From a virus: 25,018 nt of DNA. The stretch lies in the UHGV virus genome UHGV-1360762. One strand, written 5' to 3'. Positions 15,981 to 24,908 of this stretch are shown here, one piece after another. The stretch's first letter is position 1, and each line of letters starts with the position of its first letter. A program made the position numbers and the translations under genes. The notes below the pieces were generated by a model. It was not told where the DNA came from, searched no databases, and saw nothing but the letters and a program-made list of their open reading frames with translations.

Positions 15981-16248
15981 AAGCAAAAAATGGCTTCAGG
16001 CAGTCAGGGATATTGAATTTTGCGTTCTTTGCGGAAGATACGGAGTTCAGGCCGCTCACAGAAATGAAGGGAAGGGGGTTGGGATTAAAGTAGATGATTG
16101 CCTTACTGCTGCGCTATGTGTTGATTGTCATTCAAGAATTGATAATGGGAGAGATATGAGCAGGGAAGAGCGAAGGGCTGAAATGGATCGGGCCATTGTG
16201 CTTACCCTTAAAAAATTGGTTAACAATGGGAGGGTGTTTGTCCAATGA
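15970..16248 (+). CDS. YbcO-like (DUF1364) zinc-binding nin-region protein
   Basis: Cys/His pattern C..CG…AH…ALC..CH..ID and location directly upstream of rusA, as in DLP12 ybcO-rusA. Confidence 0.6.
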   Translation: MMFRSKKWLQAVRDIEFCVLCGRYGVQAAHRNEGKGVGIKVDDCLTAALCVDCHSRIDNGRDMSREERRAEMDRAIVLTLKKLVNNGRVFVQ

Positions 16249-16607
16249 ACGAATATCAGTTTGTGCTTCCATACCCGCCGTCGCTGAACACCTACTGGCG
16301 AAGACGGGGAAGCCAATATTACATAAGCGATAAAGGCCAGAAATACCGAAAAGACGTTCAGCAAATCATCCACCAACTCAAGTTAGACATTTTCACCAAA
16401 TCACGACTCCGCATCAAAGTAATCGCAGACGTTCCAGACTCCCGCCGCCGCGACCTCGATAACATCCTGAAAGGTTTACTCGACTCACTTATCCACGCCG
16501 GATTTGCGGAAGACGACGAGCAATTCGATGACATTCGCGTAATTCGTGGTGTGAAAGTACCAGGTGGAAGGCTTGGAATAAAAATCACCGAACTGGAGAA
16601 CGCATGA
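16245..16607 (+). CDS. rusA: RusA Holliday junction resolvase
   Basis: 120-aa protein with LPYPPS.N.YWRRRG and DVPDSRRRDLDNILKGLLDSL matching the RusA family. Confidence 0.9.
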   Translation: MNEYQFVLPYPPSLNTYWRRRGSQYYISDKGQKYRKDVQQIIHQLKLDIFTKSRLRIKVIADVPDSRRRDLDNILKGLLDSLIHAGFAEDDEQFDDIRVIRGVKVPGGRLGIKITELENA

Positions 16608-16792
16608 ACGCCACAATTCAAACGATACCAGAGCTTCTTATCCAGACACGAGGCAATCAGACCGAAGTGGCAAGGATGCTTTCCTGCGCAAGAGGAACAG
16701 TGCTCAAGTACAACCGAGACAGCAAAGGCGAGCGTCACGTAATAGTTAACGGCGTCCTGATGGTCAAACAAGGCAAGAGGGGAAGACGATGA
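16604..16792 (+). CDS. ninH: NinH-like DNA-binding protein
   Basis: TIPELLIQTRGNQTEVARMLSCARGTVLKYNRDSKGERHVIVNGVLMV resembles recalled lambda NinH. Confidence 0.8.
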   Translation: MNATIQTIPELLIQTRGNQTEVARMLSCARGTVLKYNRDSKGERHVIVNGVLMVKQGKRGRR

Positions 16793-17307
16793 GCATAAGA
16801 GAACTAAACCTCACCAAAGAGCAGCACGAGTGGCTGAATGGCTGGCTTGAACTGTGGGGCGCATGGGTTTATTCAGGTCGTCTGGAAAAGCGCATGAGCA
16901 GCGTAATAGCGAAGTTCATGGAGAGCGTAGAGCCGGGAAGAGTTATGACAAGGCCAATGTGCAATGATGATGATGGAATGTTGATTTCTCAGGTCGTCGA
17001 TTCCGTCATGTGCATTGACAAGAAAGCCTTTGGCATCCTCCTCAGCTACTACGCTCATGGTTCATCTAAGCGAGCAATTGCATCCTACTATCACGCGACT
17101 GCAAAGCCACGCAAGATGTGTGGACGTGGTGGCGAGGGATGGAGAAAACCTTCACTGGCAACCTGTAGAAACGAAATTGACGACATCCTGAAAGCGTCGT
17201 TATTTGTTTTGTACCAGCCAATGCAAAATGCTTTCAAAATGCGTAAACGTGTTGAGAAAGTTAAGCATGTTGCTGTTAAAAGCCTTGACATGCAATTATC
17301 CATTTAG
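16789..17307 (+). CDS. Q: Late gene antiterminator Q (phage-82-type Phage_antitermQ family)
   Basis: LELWGAW… and TRPMCNDDDGMLISQVV motifs resemble the ERWGAW / RPQCCDDD signatures of this family; followed directly by a promoter and short-leader terminator. Confidence 0.75.
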   Translation: MSIRELNLTKEQHEWLNGWLELWGAWVYSGRLEKRMSSVIAKFMESVEPGRVMTRPMCNDDDGMLISQVVDSVMCIDKKAFGILLSYYAHGSSKRAIASYYHATAKPRKMCGRGGEGWRKPSLATCRNEIDDILKASLFVLYQPMQNAFKMRKRVEKVKHVAVKSLDMQLSI

Positions 17308-17320
17308 CCATAATATTCAC
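17285..17320 (+). promoter_or_regulatory. pR' late promoter / qut region (-35 TTGACA 17285-17290, -10 CATAAT 17309-17314)
   Basis: Consensus -35 with 18-bp spacer to a near-consensus -10, overlapping the Q stop codon; terminator about 40 nt downstream. Confidence 0.6.
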
Positions 17321-17344
17321 ATATGCTGCTGCTTTTGCATTCAG

Positions 17345-17369
17345 CAACCATCACAAGCCCACCTCCTGT
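17345..17369 (+). terminator. tR'-like rho-independent terminator (AAGCCCAC CTCCT GTGGGCTT + TTTTT)
   Basis: Perfect 8-bp GC-rich stem, 5-nt loop and T-run immediately downstream of the putative pR'. Confidence 0.8.
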
Positions 17370-17501
17370 GGGCTTTTTTGCATTCGCGTGCAATCAAAAC
17401 AAGAGTCTTAGTGATATGGGCCTGAGATATGGTGGTGGAAACATCGCTCCGCTCTTGGCTGTCATATCTACGCGAACAGGCTCTATCCCTAAGGTAAAGC
17501 G

Positions 17502-18014
17502 ATGAAAGAAATAAAATTAACGCCAGAAATGGTGCTTTCTGTTGTTGATTACAATCCATCATCAGGCGACTTTCACTGGAGATGGAGGCAGGGGAGAGAG
17601 AGGACCACTTTGACATGGAACTCTCGTTTTGCTTTCAAGAAATGCTCATCAATAAATTCTGATGGGTATTTAATGATTATGATTAATGGTAAAGCATACC
17701 CTGCTCACAGACTGGCATGGTTGATTGTTTATGGCACCATGCCCGATGGTTTTATTGATCACATCAACAGGGTAAGAACAGATAACCGGATATCAAATCT
17801 TCGTCTTGTCACTCATTCCGAAAATATGCAGAACAGGAAAATTCAGAAGAATAATAAATCTGGATACCGTGGCGTGTCTTGGGATGCTAAGTACGGGAAA
17901 TGGAGAGCAAGAATTAATGCGTCTGGAAAGTGTATTAACCTTGGATACCATGACACTGCCGAACTTGCCGCTGCGGCTTTTGAGGCCGCCAGAATTAAAT
18001 ATCATACCGTTTAA
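17502..18014 (+). CDS. HNH endonuclease with C-terminal AP2 DNA-binding domain (homing-endonuclease-like)
   Basis: HNH_3-like core (…AHRLAWLIVYGTMPDGFIDHINRVRTDNRISNLRLVTHSENMQN) followed by AP2-like YRGVSWDAKYGKWRARINASGKCINLGYHDTAELAAAAFEAA; AT-rich coding sequence. Confidence 0.8.
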   Translation: MKEIKLTPEMVLSVVDYNPSSGDFHWRWRQGRERTTLTWNSRFAFKKCSSINSDGYLMIMINGKAYPAHRLAWLIVYGTMPDGFIDHINRVRTDNRISNLRLVTHSENMQNRKIQKNNKSGYRGVSWDAKYGKWRARINASGKCINLGYHDTAELAAAAFEAARIKYHTV

Positions 18015-18600
18015 AGATGTAGCTGCCGTTAGTGACTCTTAAGTTGCAACGGTGGCTTTTTTGTTTGCACAACAGGTAAGAGCATTGAACCCGCAGACCT
18101 CGCGGAATTGGTGAAAGGTGCCGCGCAGTACTCTTATCGTTGTGGTGAATACGCAGGCTGATGCGTTAATCAGGTGAACGAGACACCCGCCGGTCCGTGA
18201 TATGGCACACCGTGCCGGTCATATCTGCCGCGGTTAGGTTTACGAGGATTTCGTAAAGCTGGTCTAGGGTGAAGCCGTGAAAGCGGAGGAAGTAAAACGA
18301 GGCGTCGGTACACGCCTATCGTCATTAAGTCGGAGTTCAGCACCGACCGCCACAACCCAAACTGAGCCGTAGCCACTGGTTATCCTGAACTCATCAGTGA
18401 TAGTTATGCTGCGGCCTTCTACATATGACCTTCGTGAAAGCGGGTGGCAAGAGGCTGCGCTAACAACCTCATGCCGTTTTGCCCGTGCATATCGGTCACG
18501 AACAAATCTGATTACTAAACACAGTAGCCTGGATTTGTTCTATCAGTAATCGACCTTATTCCTAATTAAATAGAGCAAATCCCCTTATTGGGGGTAAGAC

Positions 18601-18924
18601 ATGAAGATGCCAGAAAAACATGACCTGTTAGCCGCCATTCTCGCGGCAAAGGAACAAGGCATCGGGGCAATTCTTGCGTTTGCAATGGCGTACCTTCGCG
18701 GCAGATATAATGGCGGTGCGTTTACAAAAACAGTAATCGACGCAACGATGTGCGCCATTATCGCCTGGTTCATTCGTGACCTTCTCGACTTCGCCGGACT
18801 AAGTAGCAATCTCGCTTATATAACGAGCGTGTTCATCGGCTACATCGGTACTGACTCGATTGGTTCGCTTATCAAACGCTTCGCTGCTAAAAAAGCCGGA
18901 GTAGAAGATGGTGGAAATCAATAA
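18601..18924 (+). CDS. S: Holin S (class I, dual-start MKM), lambda-type
   Basis: Near-identical to recalled lambda S ([61 protein letters not shown]...); upstream leader also lambda-like. Confidence 0.96.
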   Translation: MKMPEKHDLLAAILAAKEQGIGAILAFAMAYLRGRYNGGAFTKTVIDATMCAIIAWFIRDLLDFAGLSSNLAYITSVFIGYIGTDSIGSLIKRFAAKKAGVEDGGNQ

Positions 18925-19384
18925 TCAACGTAAGGCGTTCCTCGATATGCTGGCGTGGTCAGAGGGGACAGATAACGGACGACAGAAAACCAGAAATCAT
19001 GGTTATGACGTCATTGTTGGCGGAGAGCTATTCACTGATTACTCAGATCACCCTCGCAAACTTGTCACGCTAAACCCCAAACTCAAATCAACAGCCGCCG
19101 GACGCTACCAGCTTCTTTCCCGTTGGTGGGATGCCTACCGCAAGCAGCTTGGCCTGAAAGACTTCTCTCCGAAAAGCCAGGACGCTGTGGCATTGCAGCA
19201 GATTAAAGAGCGTGGCGCTTTACCGATGATTGACCGCGGTGATATCCGTCAGGCTATCGACCGTTGCAGCAATATCTGGGCTTCACTGCCGGGTGCTGGT
19301 TATGGTCAGTTCGAGCATAAGGCTGACAGCCTGATTGCAAAATTCAAAGAAGCTGGCGGAACGGTCAGAGAGATTGAGGTATGA
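18908..19384 (+). CDS. R: Endolysin R (lytic transglycosylase), lambda-type
   Basis: 158-aa protein matching recalled lambda R ([49 protein letters not shown]...). Confidence 0.95.
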   Translation: MVEINNQRKAFLDMLAWSEGTDNGRQKTRNHGYDVIVGGELFTDYSDHPRKLVTLNPKLKSTAAGRYQLLSRWWDAYRKQLGLKDFSPKSQDAVALQQIKERGALPMIDRGDIRQAIDRCSNIWASLPGAGYGQFEHKADSLIAKFKEAGGTVREIEV

Positions 19385-19818
19385 GCAGAGTAACCGCGAT
19401 TATCTCCGCTCTGGTTATTTGCATCATCGTCTGTCTGTCATGGGCTGTTAATCATTACCGTGATAACGCCATCGCCTACAAAGCCCAGCGCGACAAAGCC
19501 ACATCCATCATCGCTGATATGCAGAAGCGTCAACGTGATGTAGCTGAACTCGATGCCAGATACACAAAGGAGCTTGCTGATGCTAACGCGACTATCGAAA
19601 GTCTCCGCGCTGATGTTTCTGCTGGGCGTAAGCGCCTGCAGGTCGCCGCCACCTGTGCAAAGTCAACGACCGGAGCCAGCGGCATGGGCGATGGAGAAAG
19701 CCCAAGACTTACAGCAGATGCTGAACTCAATTATTACCGTCTCCGAAGTGGAATCGACAGGATAACCGCGCAGGTTAACTACCTGCAGGAATACATCAGG
19801 ACGCAATGCCTTCGATGA
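19381..19818 (+). CDS. Rz: Spanin inner-membrane subunit Rz (N-terminus lambda-identical, C-terminal half diverged)
   Basis: [31 protein letters not shown] matches lambda Rz; the remainder is coiled-coil-like but differs from lambda. Confidence 0.88.
   Translation: MSRVTAIISALVICIIVCLSWAVNHYRDNAIAYKAQRDKATSIIADMQKRQRDVAELDARYTKELADANATIESLRADVSAGRKRLQVAATCAKSTTGASGMGDGESPRLTADAELNYYRLRSGIDRITAQVNYLQEYIRTQCLR
19553..19765 (+). CDS. Rz1: Spanin outer-membrane lipoprotein Rz1, embedded in the +1 frame of Rz
   Basis: Out-of-frame ORF inside Rz with signal peptide and lipobox (…[11 protein letters not shown]) followed by a proline-rich segment ([13 protein letters not shown]). Start may be the internal Met at 19580. 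Confidence 0.75.
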   Translation: MPDTQRSLLMLTRLSKVSALMFLLGVSACRSPPPVQSQRPEPAAWAMEKAQDLQQMLNSIITVSEVESTG

Positions 19819-20196
19819 TAGCGATAATTTTACTCATCATCCTTCACATCTGGCTCTGTAGACAGGGTGGTGATCACTTCTGGAGTGAATCCAGATTAAA
19901 CATCTCATTGCTGATGCTTGATATTGAGCATCTGGCGCGCGGTAAGGGGCTGCGTTGAGATAAGAGCCAGTTCATTACAAAGCCTATCTACTGGTGGGCT
20001 TGATAATGAAACCGGAATTTATTCTGGGTAACCAGTTACGGCAGTACAGCGAAACAACCCAAGCCAGTAAGTGGGGAAATAACACTGGCAGCCACTGAAA
20101 GATGAACCTCCTGCCTTATGGCAAAAAAGATTCTTTGTGGTGGCGGACTGATGGAAAGACATCCTAATCAAGCAACCACTCTACAGGGTCATAATT

Positions 20197-20568
20197 ATGA
20201 ACGACCAGCAAATCGAAAAAGAAATCGTTGAGAAAGGCAAAACGGCACCGCGAGTTACGCCAGACCATATCGAAGGAATTATTGCTCAGGAGGCATATTT
20301 CACAGCAGAGGATGGTGCCTTTGGCAAAGCCATAAAAGCGAAACATACTGGCGGAGAGGTAAACTACCAGCCGCACGAATCACTTTCTCTGCTGACGTTC
20401 TGCGTCCTGGTGCTGCGCAACGGCTTCACCGTCACCGGAGAGAGTGCCTGTGCAAGTCCGGAAAATTTTGATGCAGAAATTGGTCGGAAGATTGCCCGGC
20501 AGAATGCTGTAAACAAAATCTGGATGCTCGAAGGTTACTTGCTGAAGCAGAAGCTAAGCGAACAGTAG
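20197..20568 (+). CDS. Gp49/Sf6-gp66-like phage protein (123 aa)
   Basis: Size and position between lysis genes and small terminase match the Sf6 gene 66 family; assignment from recalled family features, not verified. Confidence 0.55.
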   Translation: MNDQQIEKEIVEKGKTAPRVTPDHIEGIIAQEAYFTAEDGAFGKAIKAKHTGGEVNYQPHESLSLLTFCVLVLRNGFTVTGESACASPENFDAEIGRKIARQNAVNKIWMLEGYLLKQKLSEQ

Positions 20569-20671
20569 TTATTACAAAAGCCATTCCTTACTGAGTGGCT
20601 TTGATAATGGCTTATACCCTACACGGGATAACTTAACTGATATCCCTTTTAACGGATAAACGGAGCCAACA

Positions 20672-20914
20672 ATGGCAGAGATTATTCCCATGACTGAAGA
20701 ACAGAAATTCCAGTTAGAGATTTACAAACTGGTCATGAACCAGAACGCAGCCGCAGAAGAAGCATTTCAATTCATCGGCACTGACGAACTGAAGCTTGAG
20801 CTATTCAAAATTCACTTCCAGTCAGGCGGCGCTAATTCAGATATCACGACCCGCACTATCGAAGCGGTGCGTAAATCGAAGGAAGCGTTAGACCTGTTCA
20901 CTACCGGAGCATAA
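20672..20914 (+). CDS. Hypothetical protein (80 aa) upstream of small terminase
   Basis: ORF with GGAG RBS, immediately 5' of the terminase genes. Confidence 0.55.
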   Translation: MAEIIPMTEEQKFQLEIYKLVMNQNAAAEEAFQFIGTDELKLELFKIHFQSGGANSDITTRTIEAVRKSKEALDLFTTGA

Positions 20915-20916
20915 AC

Positions 20917-21357
20917 ATGGCACGCCCAACAAAGTATCAAGAGGCGTATGCCGAACAGGCACGCAAACTGTGCTTGCTGGGCTACACCGATGCAGAACTT
21001 GCTGATTTCTTTGAAGTCAGTGAGTCAACTATTAACAAGTGGAAGCTTGATTATCCTAAGTTTTCGGAGTCCATAAAAAAGGGTAAGGCCGTCGCTGATG
21101 CAGAAGTTAGTGATCGTCTTTATCAACGAGCTATGGGCTTCGTGGCTCCAGACATCGATATTCGTGTTATTGAAAACAGAATTGTCGAAACTCCGCTTGA
21201 GAAGTATTACCCGCCTGATACAACCGCTGCCATCTTCTGGCTTAAGAACCGACAGAAGGATAAATGGCGCGACAAGGTTGATCACGAGCTAACAGGCAAA
21301 GACGGCGGCGCAATCCAGATTGAAACATCACCGATGAGCACTCTATTCGGAAAATGA
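20917..21357 (+). CDS. Terminase small subunit (Sf6-like C-terminus, HTH N-terminus)
   Basis: N-terminal HTH-like ELADFFEVSESTINKWK; C-terminal …GKDGGAIQIETSPMSTLFGK typical of Sf6-type small terminases; ATGA overlap with the large subunit gene. Confidence 0.8.
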   Translation: MARPTKYQEAYAEQARKLCLLGYTDAELADFFEVSESTINKWKLDYPKFSESIKKGKAVADAEVSDRLYQRAMGFVAPDIDIRVIENRIVETPLEKYYPPDTTAAIFWLKNRQKDKWRDKVDHELTGKDGGAIQIETSPMSTLFGK

Positions 21358-22766
21358 CCTCGATTAATCCTATCTTTGAACCGTTCATTGAGGCGCATCG
21401 CTACAAAGTCGCCAAAGGCGGTCGAGGTAGCGGTAAGTCATGGGCAATTGCGAGGCTGCTTGTTGAAGCGGCGCGTCGGCAGCCTGTGCGTATTCTCTGC
21501 GCTCGTGAACTGCAAAACAGTATCAGCGATTCGGTAATCCGGTTGCTTGAAGACACCATAGAGCGGGAAGGGTATTCGGCCGAGTTTGAAATTCAGCGTT
21601 CCATGATTCGTCATCTCGGAACGAATGCTGAATTCATGTTCTACGGCATCAAAAACAACCCGACGAAGATTAAATCGCTCGAAGGCATTGATATCTGCTG
21701 GGTGGAAGAAGCGGAAGCGGTAACGAAGGAATCGTGGGATATCCTGATACCAACCATCCGCAAGCCGTTTTCCGAAATATGGGTGAGCTTTAACCCGAAA
21801 AACATCCTCGACGATACCTATCAGCGATTCGTCGTAAATCCTCCCGATGATATTTGTCTGCTGACGGTGAACTACACCGACAACCCGCACTTTCCTGAAG
21901 TTCTCCGTCTGGAGATGGAAGAGTGTAAACGCAGAAATCCGACACTGTATCGTCACATCTGGCTTGGTGAGCCAGTAAGCGCAAGTGATATGGCAATCAT
22001 CAAACGTGAATGGCTTGAAGCCGCAACCGATGCGCACAAGAAACTAGGATGGAAAGCGAAAGGCGCTGTTGTTTCTGCTCATGACCCGTCAGATACAGGG
22101 CCGGATGCTAAAGGTTATGCATCGCGTCACGGTTCGGTAGTTAAGCGCATTGCCGAAGGTCTGCTGATGGACATCAACGAGGGGGCTGACTGGGCTACTT
22201 CGCTGGCGATTGAAGACGGTGCTGACCACTACTTGTGGGATGGTGATGGTGTCGGTGCAGGGCTACGCAGACAGACAACGGAAGCGTTCTCCGGTAAGAA
22301 AATCACCGCCACGATGTTCAAGGGCAGCGAATCGCCATTTGATGAAGATGCACCATATCAGGCTGGAGCATGGGCTGATGAAGTCGTACAGGGCGACAAC
22401 GTTCGCACTATTGGCGATGTATTCCGCAATAAGCGAGCGCAATTCTATTACGCGCTGGCTGACAGGCTGTATCTGACATATCGGGCGGTTGTCCACGGTG
22501 AGTATGCGGACCCCGACGACATGCTGAGTTTCGACAAAGAAGCGATAGGCGAGAAGATGCTGGAGAAGCTGTTTGCAGAAATGACGCAGATTCAGCGCAA
22601 ATTCAATAATAACGGGAAGCTGGAGCTTATGACTAAGGTCGAAATGAAGCAGAAGCTCGGTATTCCATCTCCTAACCTGGCTGATGCGTTGATGATGTGT
22701 ATGCATTGCCCGGCATTGGTCCGCGAAGAAACAGAAATATACGTTCCCTCATCCTCCGGTTGGTAA
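21354..22766 (+). CDS. Terminase large subunit (P22/Sf6-like; ATPase plus nuclease)
   Basis: 470 aa, Walker A KGGRGSGKS near the N-terminus, Walker B-like DICWVEEAE; size matches Sf6 gp2. Confidence 0.92.
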   Translation: MTSINPIFEPFIEAHRYKVAKGGRGSGKSWAIARLLVEAARRQPVRILCARELQNSISDSVIRLLEDTIEREGYSAEFEIQRSMIRHLGTNAEFMFYGIKNNPTKIKSLEGIDICWVEEAEAVTKESWDILIPTIRKPFSEIWVSFNPKNILDDTYQRFVVNPPDDICLLTVNYTDNPHFPEVLRLEMEECKRRNPTLYRHIWLGEPVSASDMAIIKREWLEAATDAHKKLGWKAKGAVVSAHDPSDTGPDAKGYASRHGSVVKRIAEGLLMDINEGADWATSLAIEDGADHYLWDGDGVGAGLRRQTTEAFSGKKITATMFKGSESPFDEDAPYQAGAWADEVVQGDNVRTIGDVFRNKRAQFYYALADRLYLTYRAVVHGEYADPDDMLSFDKEAIGEKMLEKLFAEMTQIQRKFNNNGKLELMTKVEMKQKLGIPSPNLADALMMCMHCPALVREETEIYVPSSSGW

Positions 22767-22768
22767 AC

Positions 22769-24895
22769 ATGGCAGAGACATTAGAGAAAAAACATGAGCG
22801 GATCATGCTCAGGTTTGACCGCGCCTATTCTCCACAGCAGGAAGTGCGCGAAAAGTGCATTGAAGCTACGAGGTTTGCTCGTGTCCCCGGAGGTCAATGG
22901 GAAGGAGCAACGGCGGCTGGGACTAAGCTTGATGAGCAGTTCGAGAAGTATCCTAAGTTTGAAATCAATAAGGTGGCAACTGAACTTAACCGCATCATTG
23001 CAGAATACCGCAATAACAGAATCACCGTTAAGTTTCGTCCTGGTGACAGAGAGGCAAGCGAAGAGTTAGCCAATAAATTAAATGGTCTGTTCCGTGCTGA
23101 CTACGAAGAAACTGATGGCGGTGAGGCTTGCGATAATGCATTTGACGACGCTGCTACTGGTGGTTTCGGTTGCTTCCGTTTGACGTCGATGCTGGTCAAT
23201 GAATACGACCCCATGGACGATCGTCAGCGTATTGCTATTGAACCAATATACGACCCGTCGCGCTCTGTGTGGTTTGACCCTGACGCTAAGAAGTACGACA
23301 AATCTGACGCGTTGTGGGCGTTCTGCATGTATTCGTTGTCACCTGAAAAATATGAGGCTGAATACGGAAAGAAACCTCCTGCTTCTCTGGATGTAACGTC
23401 TATGACCAGTTGGGAATATGACTGGTTTGATGCAGATGTTATTTACATAGCGAAGTATTACGAAGTTCGTAAAGAATCTGTTGACGTTATCAGTTATCGA
23501 CATCCAATCACTGGAGAGATTGCAACATACGACAGTGATCAGGTCGAAGATATTGAAGATGAACTGGCAATAGCTGGATTTCAGGAAGTTGCAAGGCGCT
23601 CAGTGAAGCGGCGTCGTGTGTATGTATCAGTAGTGGATGGTGATGGTTTCCTTGAGAAACCCCGACGTATTCCTGGTGAGCATATCCCCCTCATCCCGGT
23701 TTATGGAAAACGCTGGTTCATTGATGACATTGAGCGTGTAGAAGGGCACATTGCAAAAGCAATGGATCCACAGCGTTTGTACAACCTTCAGGTTTCAATG
23801 CTGGCTGATACTGCAGCGCAAGACCCCGGTCAGATCCCTATAGTTGGCATGGAGCAAATTCGTGGACTTGAGAAGCACTGGGAGGCTCGCAACAAGAAAC
23901 GCCCTGCGTTCTTGCCGTTGCGCGAAGTGAGAGATAAATCTGGCAACATTATCGCTGGAGCTACCCCGGCAGGATATACACAGCCTGCGGTTATGAATCA
24001 GGCATTGGCTGCATTACTACAGCAAACCAGTGCAGATATTCAGGAGGTTACAGGCGGCAGTCAGGCCATGCAGCAGATGCCAAGTAATATTGCTCAGGAA
24101 ACGGTTAACAACTTGATGAACAGAGCAGATATGGCTTCGTTTATCTATCTGGACAATATGGCGAAAAGTCTTAAACGCGCTGGTGAAGTATGGCTGTCAA
24201 TGGCGCGTGAAGTGTACGGTTCAGAACGTGAAGTGCGCATCGTTAACGAAGATGGAAGTGATGATATCGCTGTCCTGAGCGCACAGGTTGTTGACAGGCA
24301 AACAGGGGCTGTTGTTGCGTTAAATGACCTTTCTGTCGGTCGATACGATGTGACGGTTGATGTTGGGCCAAGCTACACAGCACGACGTGATGCAACGGTT
24401 TCTGTACTGACAAATGTCCTTAGCTCTATGCTTCCAACAGACCCAATGCGCCCGGCAATTCAGGGTATTATTCTGGACAATATCGATGGCGAAGGCCTTG
24501 ATGACTTCAAAGAGTACAACCGAAACCAACTGCTGATATCTGGTATTGCAAAACCACGCAATGAGAAAGAGCAGCAGATTGTTCAACAGGCGCAAATGGC
24601 AGCACAAAGCCAGCCAAATCCTGAAATGGTTCTCGCTCAGGCGCAAATGGTAGCAGCGCAGGCAGAAGCGCAAAAAGCAACTAACGAAACTGCTCAAACT
24701 CAAATCAAAGCATTTACTGCCCAGCAGGATGCGATGGAGAGTCAGGCAAACACTGTCTATAAACTGGCCCAAGCCAGAAATATCGATGACAAAGCAGTGA
24801 TGGAGGTAATGCGCCTTCTGAAAGATGTAGCCGAGTCACAACAACAGCAATTCCAGTCACCACCACAGTCTCCGGCAGACTTAATGCCGAGTTAA
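22769..24895 (+). CDS. Portal protein (P22/Sf6-like, 708 aa, C-terminal Gln/Ala-rich barrel)
   Basis: Large ORF after the terminase; ATG at 22769 (MAETLEKK...) gives the 708-aa length recalled for Sf6 portal; C-terminal Q/A-rich helical segment typical of P22-like portals. Confidence 0.9.
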   Translation: MAETLEKKHERIMLRFDRAYSPQQEVREKCIEATRFARVPGGQWEGATAAGTKLDEQFEKYPKFEINKVATELNRIIAEYRNNRITVKFRPGDREASEELANKLNGLFRADYEETDGGEACDNAFDDAATGGFGCFRLTSMLVNEYDPMDDRQRIAIEPIYDPSRSVWFDPDAKKYDKSDALWAFCMYSLSPEKYEAEYGKKPPASLDVTSMTSWEYDWFDADVIYIAKYYEVRKESVDVISYRHPITGEIATYDSDQVEDIEDELAIAGFQEVARRSVKRRRVYVSVVDGDGFLEKPRRIPGEHIPLIPVYGKRWFIDDIERVEGHIAKAMDPQRLYNLQVSMLADTAAQDPGQIPIVGMEQIRGLEKHWEARNKKRPAFLPLREVRDKSGNIIAGATPAGYTQPAVMNQALAALLQQTSADIQEVTGGSQAMQQMPSNIAQETVNNLMNRADMASFIYLDNMAKSLKRAGEVWLSMAREVYGSEREVRIVNEDGSDDIAVLSAQVVDRQTGAVVALNDLSVGRYDVTVDVGPSYTARRDATVSVLTNVLSSMLPTDPMRPAIQGIILDNIDGEGLDDFKEYNRNQLLISGIAKPRNEKEQQIVQQAQMAAQSQPNPEMVLAQAQMVAAQAEAQKATNETAQTQIKAFTAQQDAMESQANTVYKLAQARNIDDKAVMEVMRLLKDVAESQQQQFQSPPQSPADLMPS

Positions 24896-24908
24896 CCAGG
24901 AGTAATCA

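Noticed and set aside
18170-18376. Minus-strand 68-aa ORF in the Q-to-S intergenic region; region also examined for tRNA genes
   Set aside because: No RBS, Arg/Pro-rich low-complexity translation, and antisense to late transcription. No tRNA hallmarks (T-loop GGTTCGAATCC-like motif, CCA-flanked acceptor stems) were seen in 18040-18600.
21438-22037. 199-aa minus-strand ORF inside the large terminase gene; likewise 12557..12913, 14339..14863, 16358..16771, 22263..22706, 24320..24772
   Set aside because: All are antisense ORFs wholly within well-supported genes, without RBS or recognisable domains; typical six-frame artefacts.
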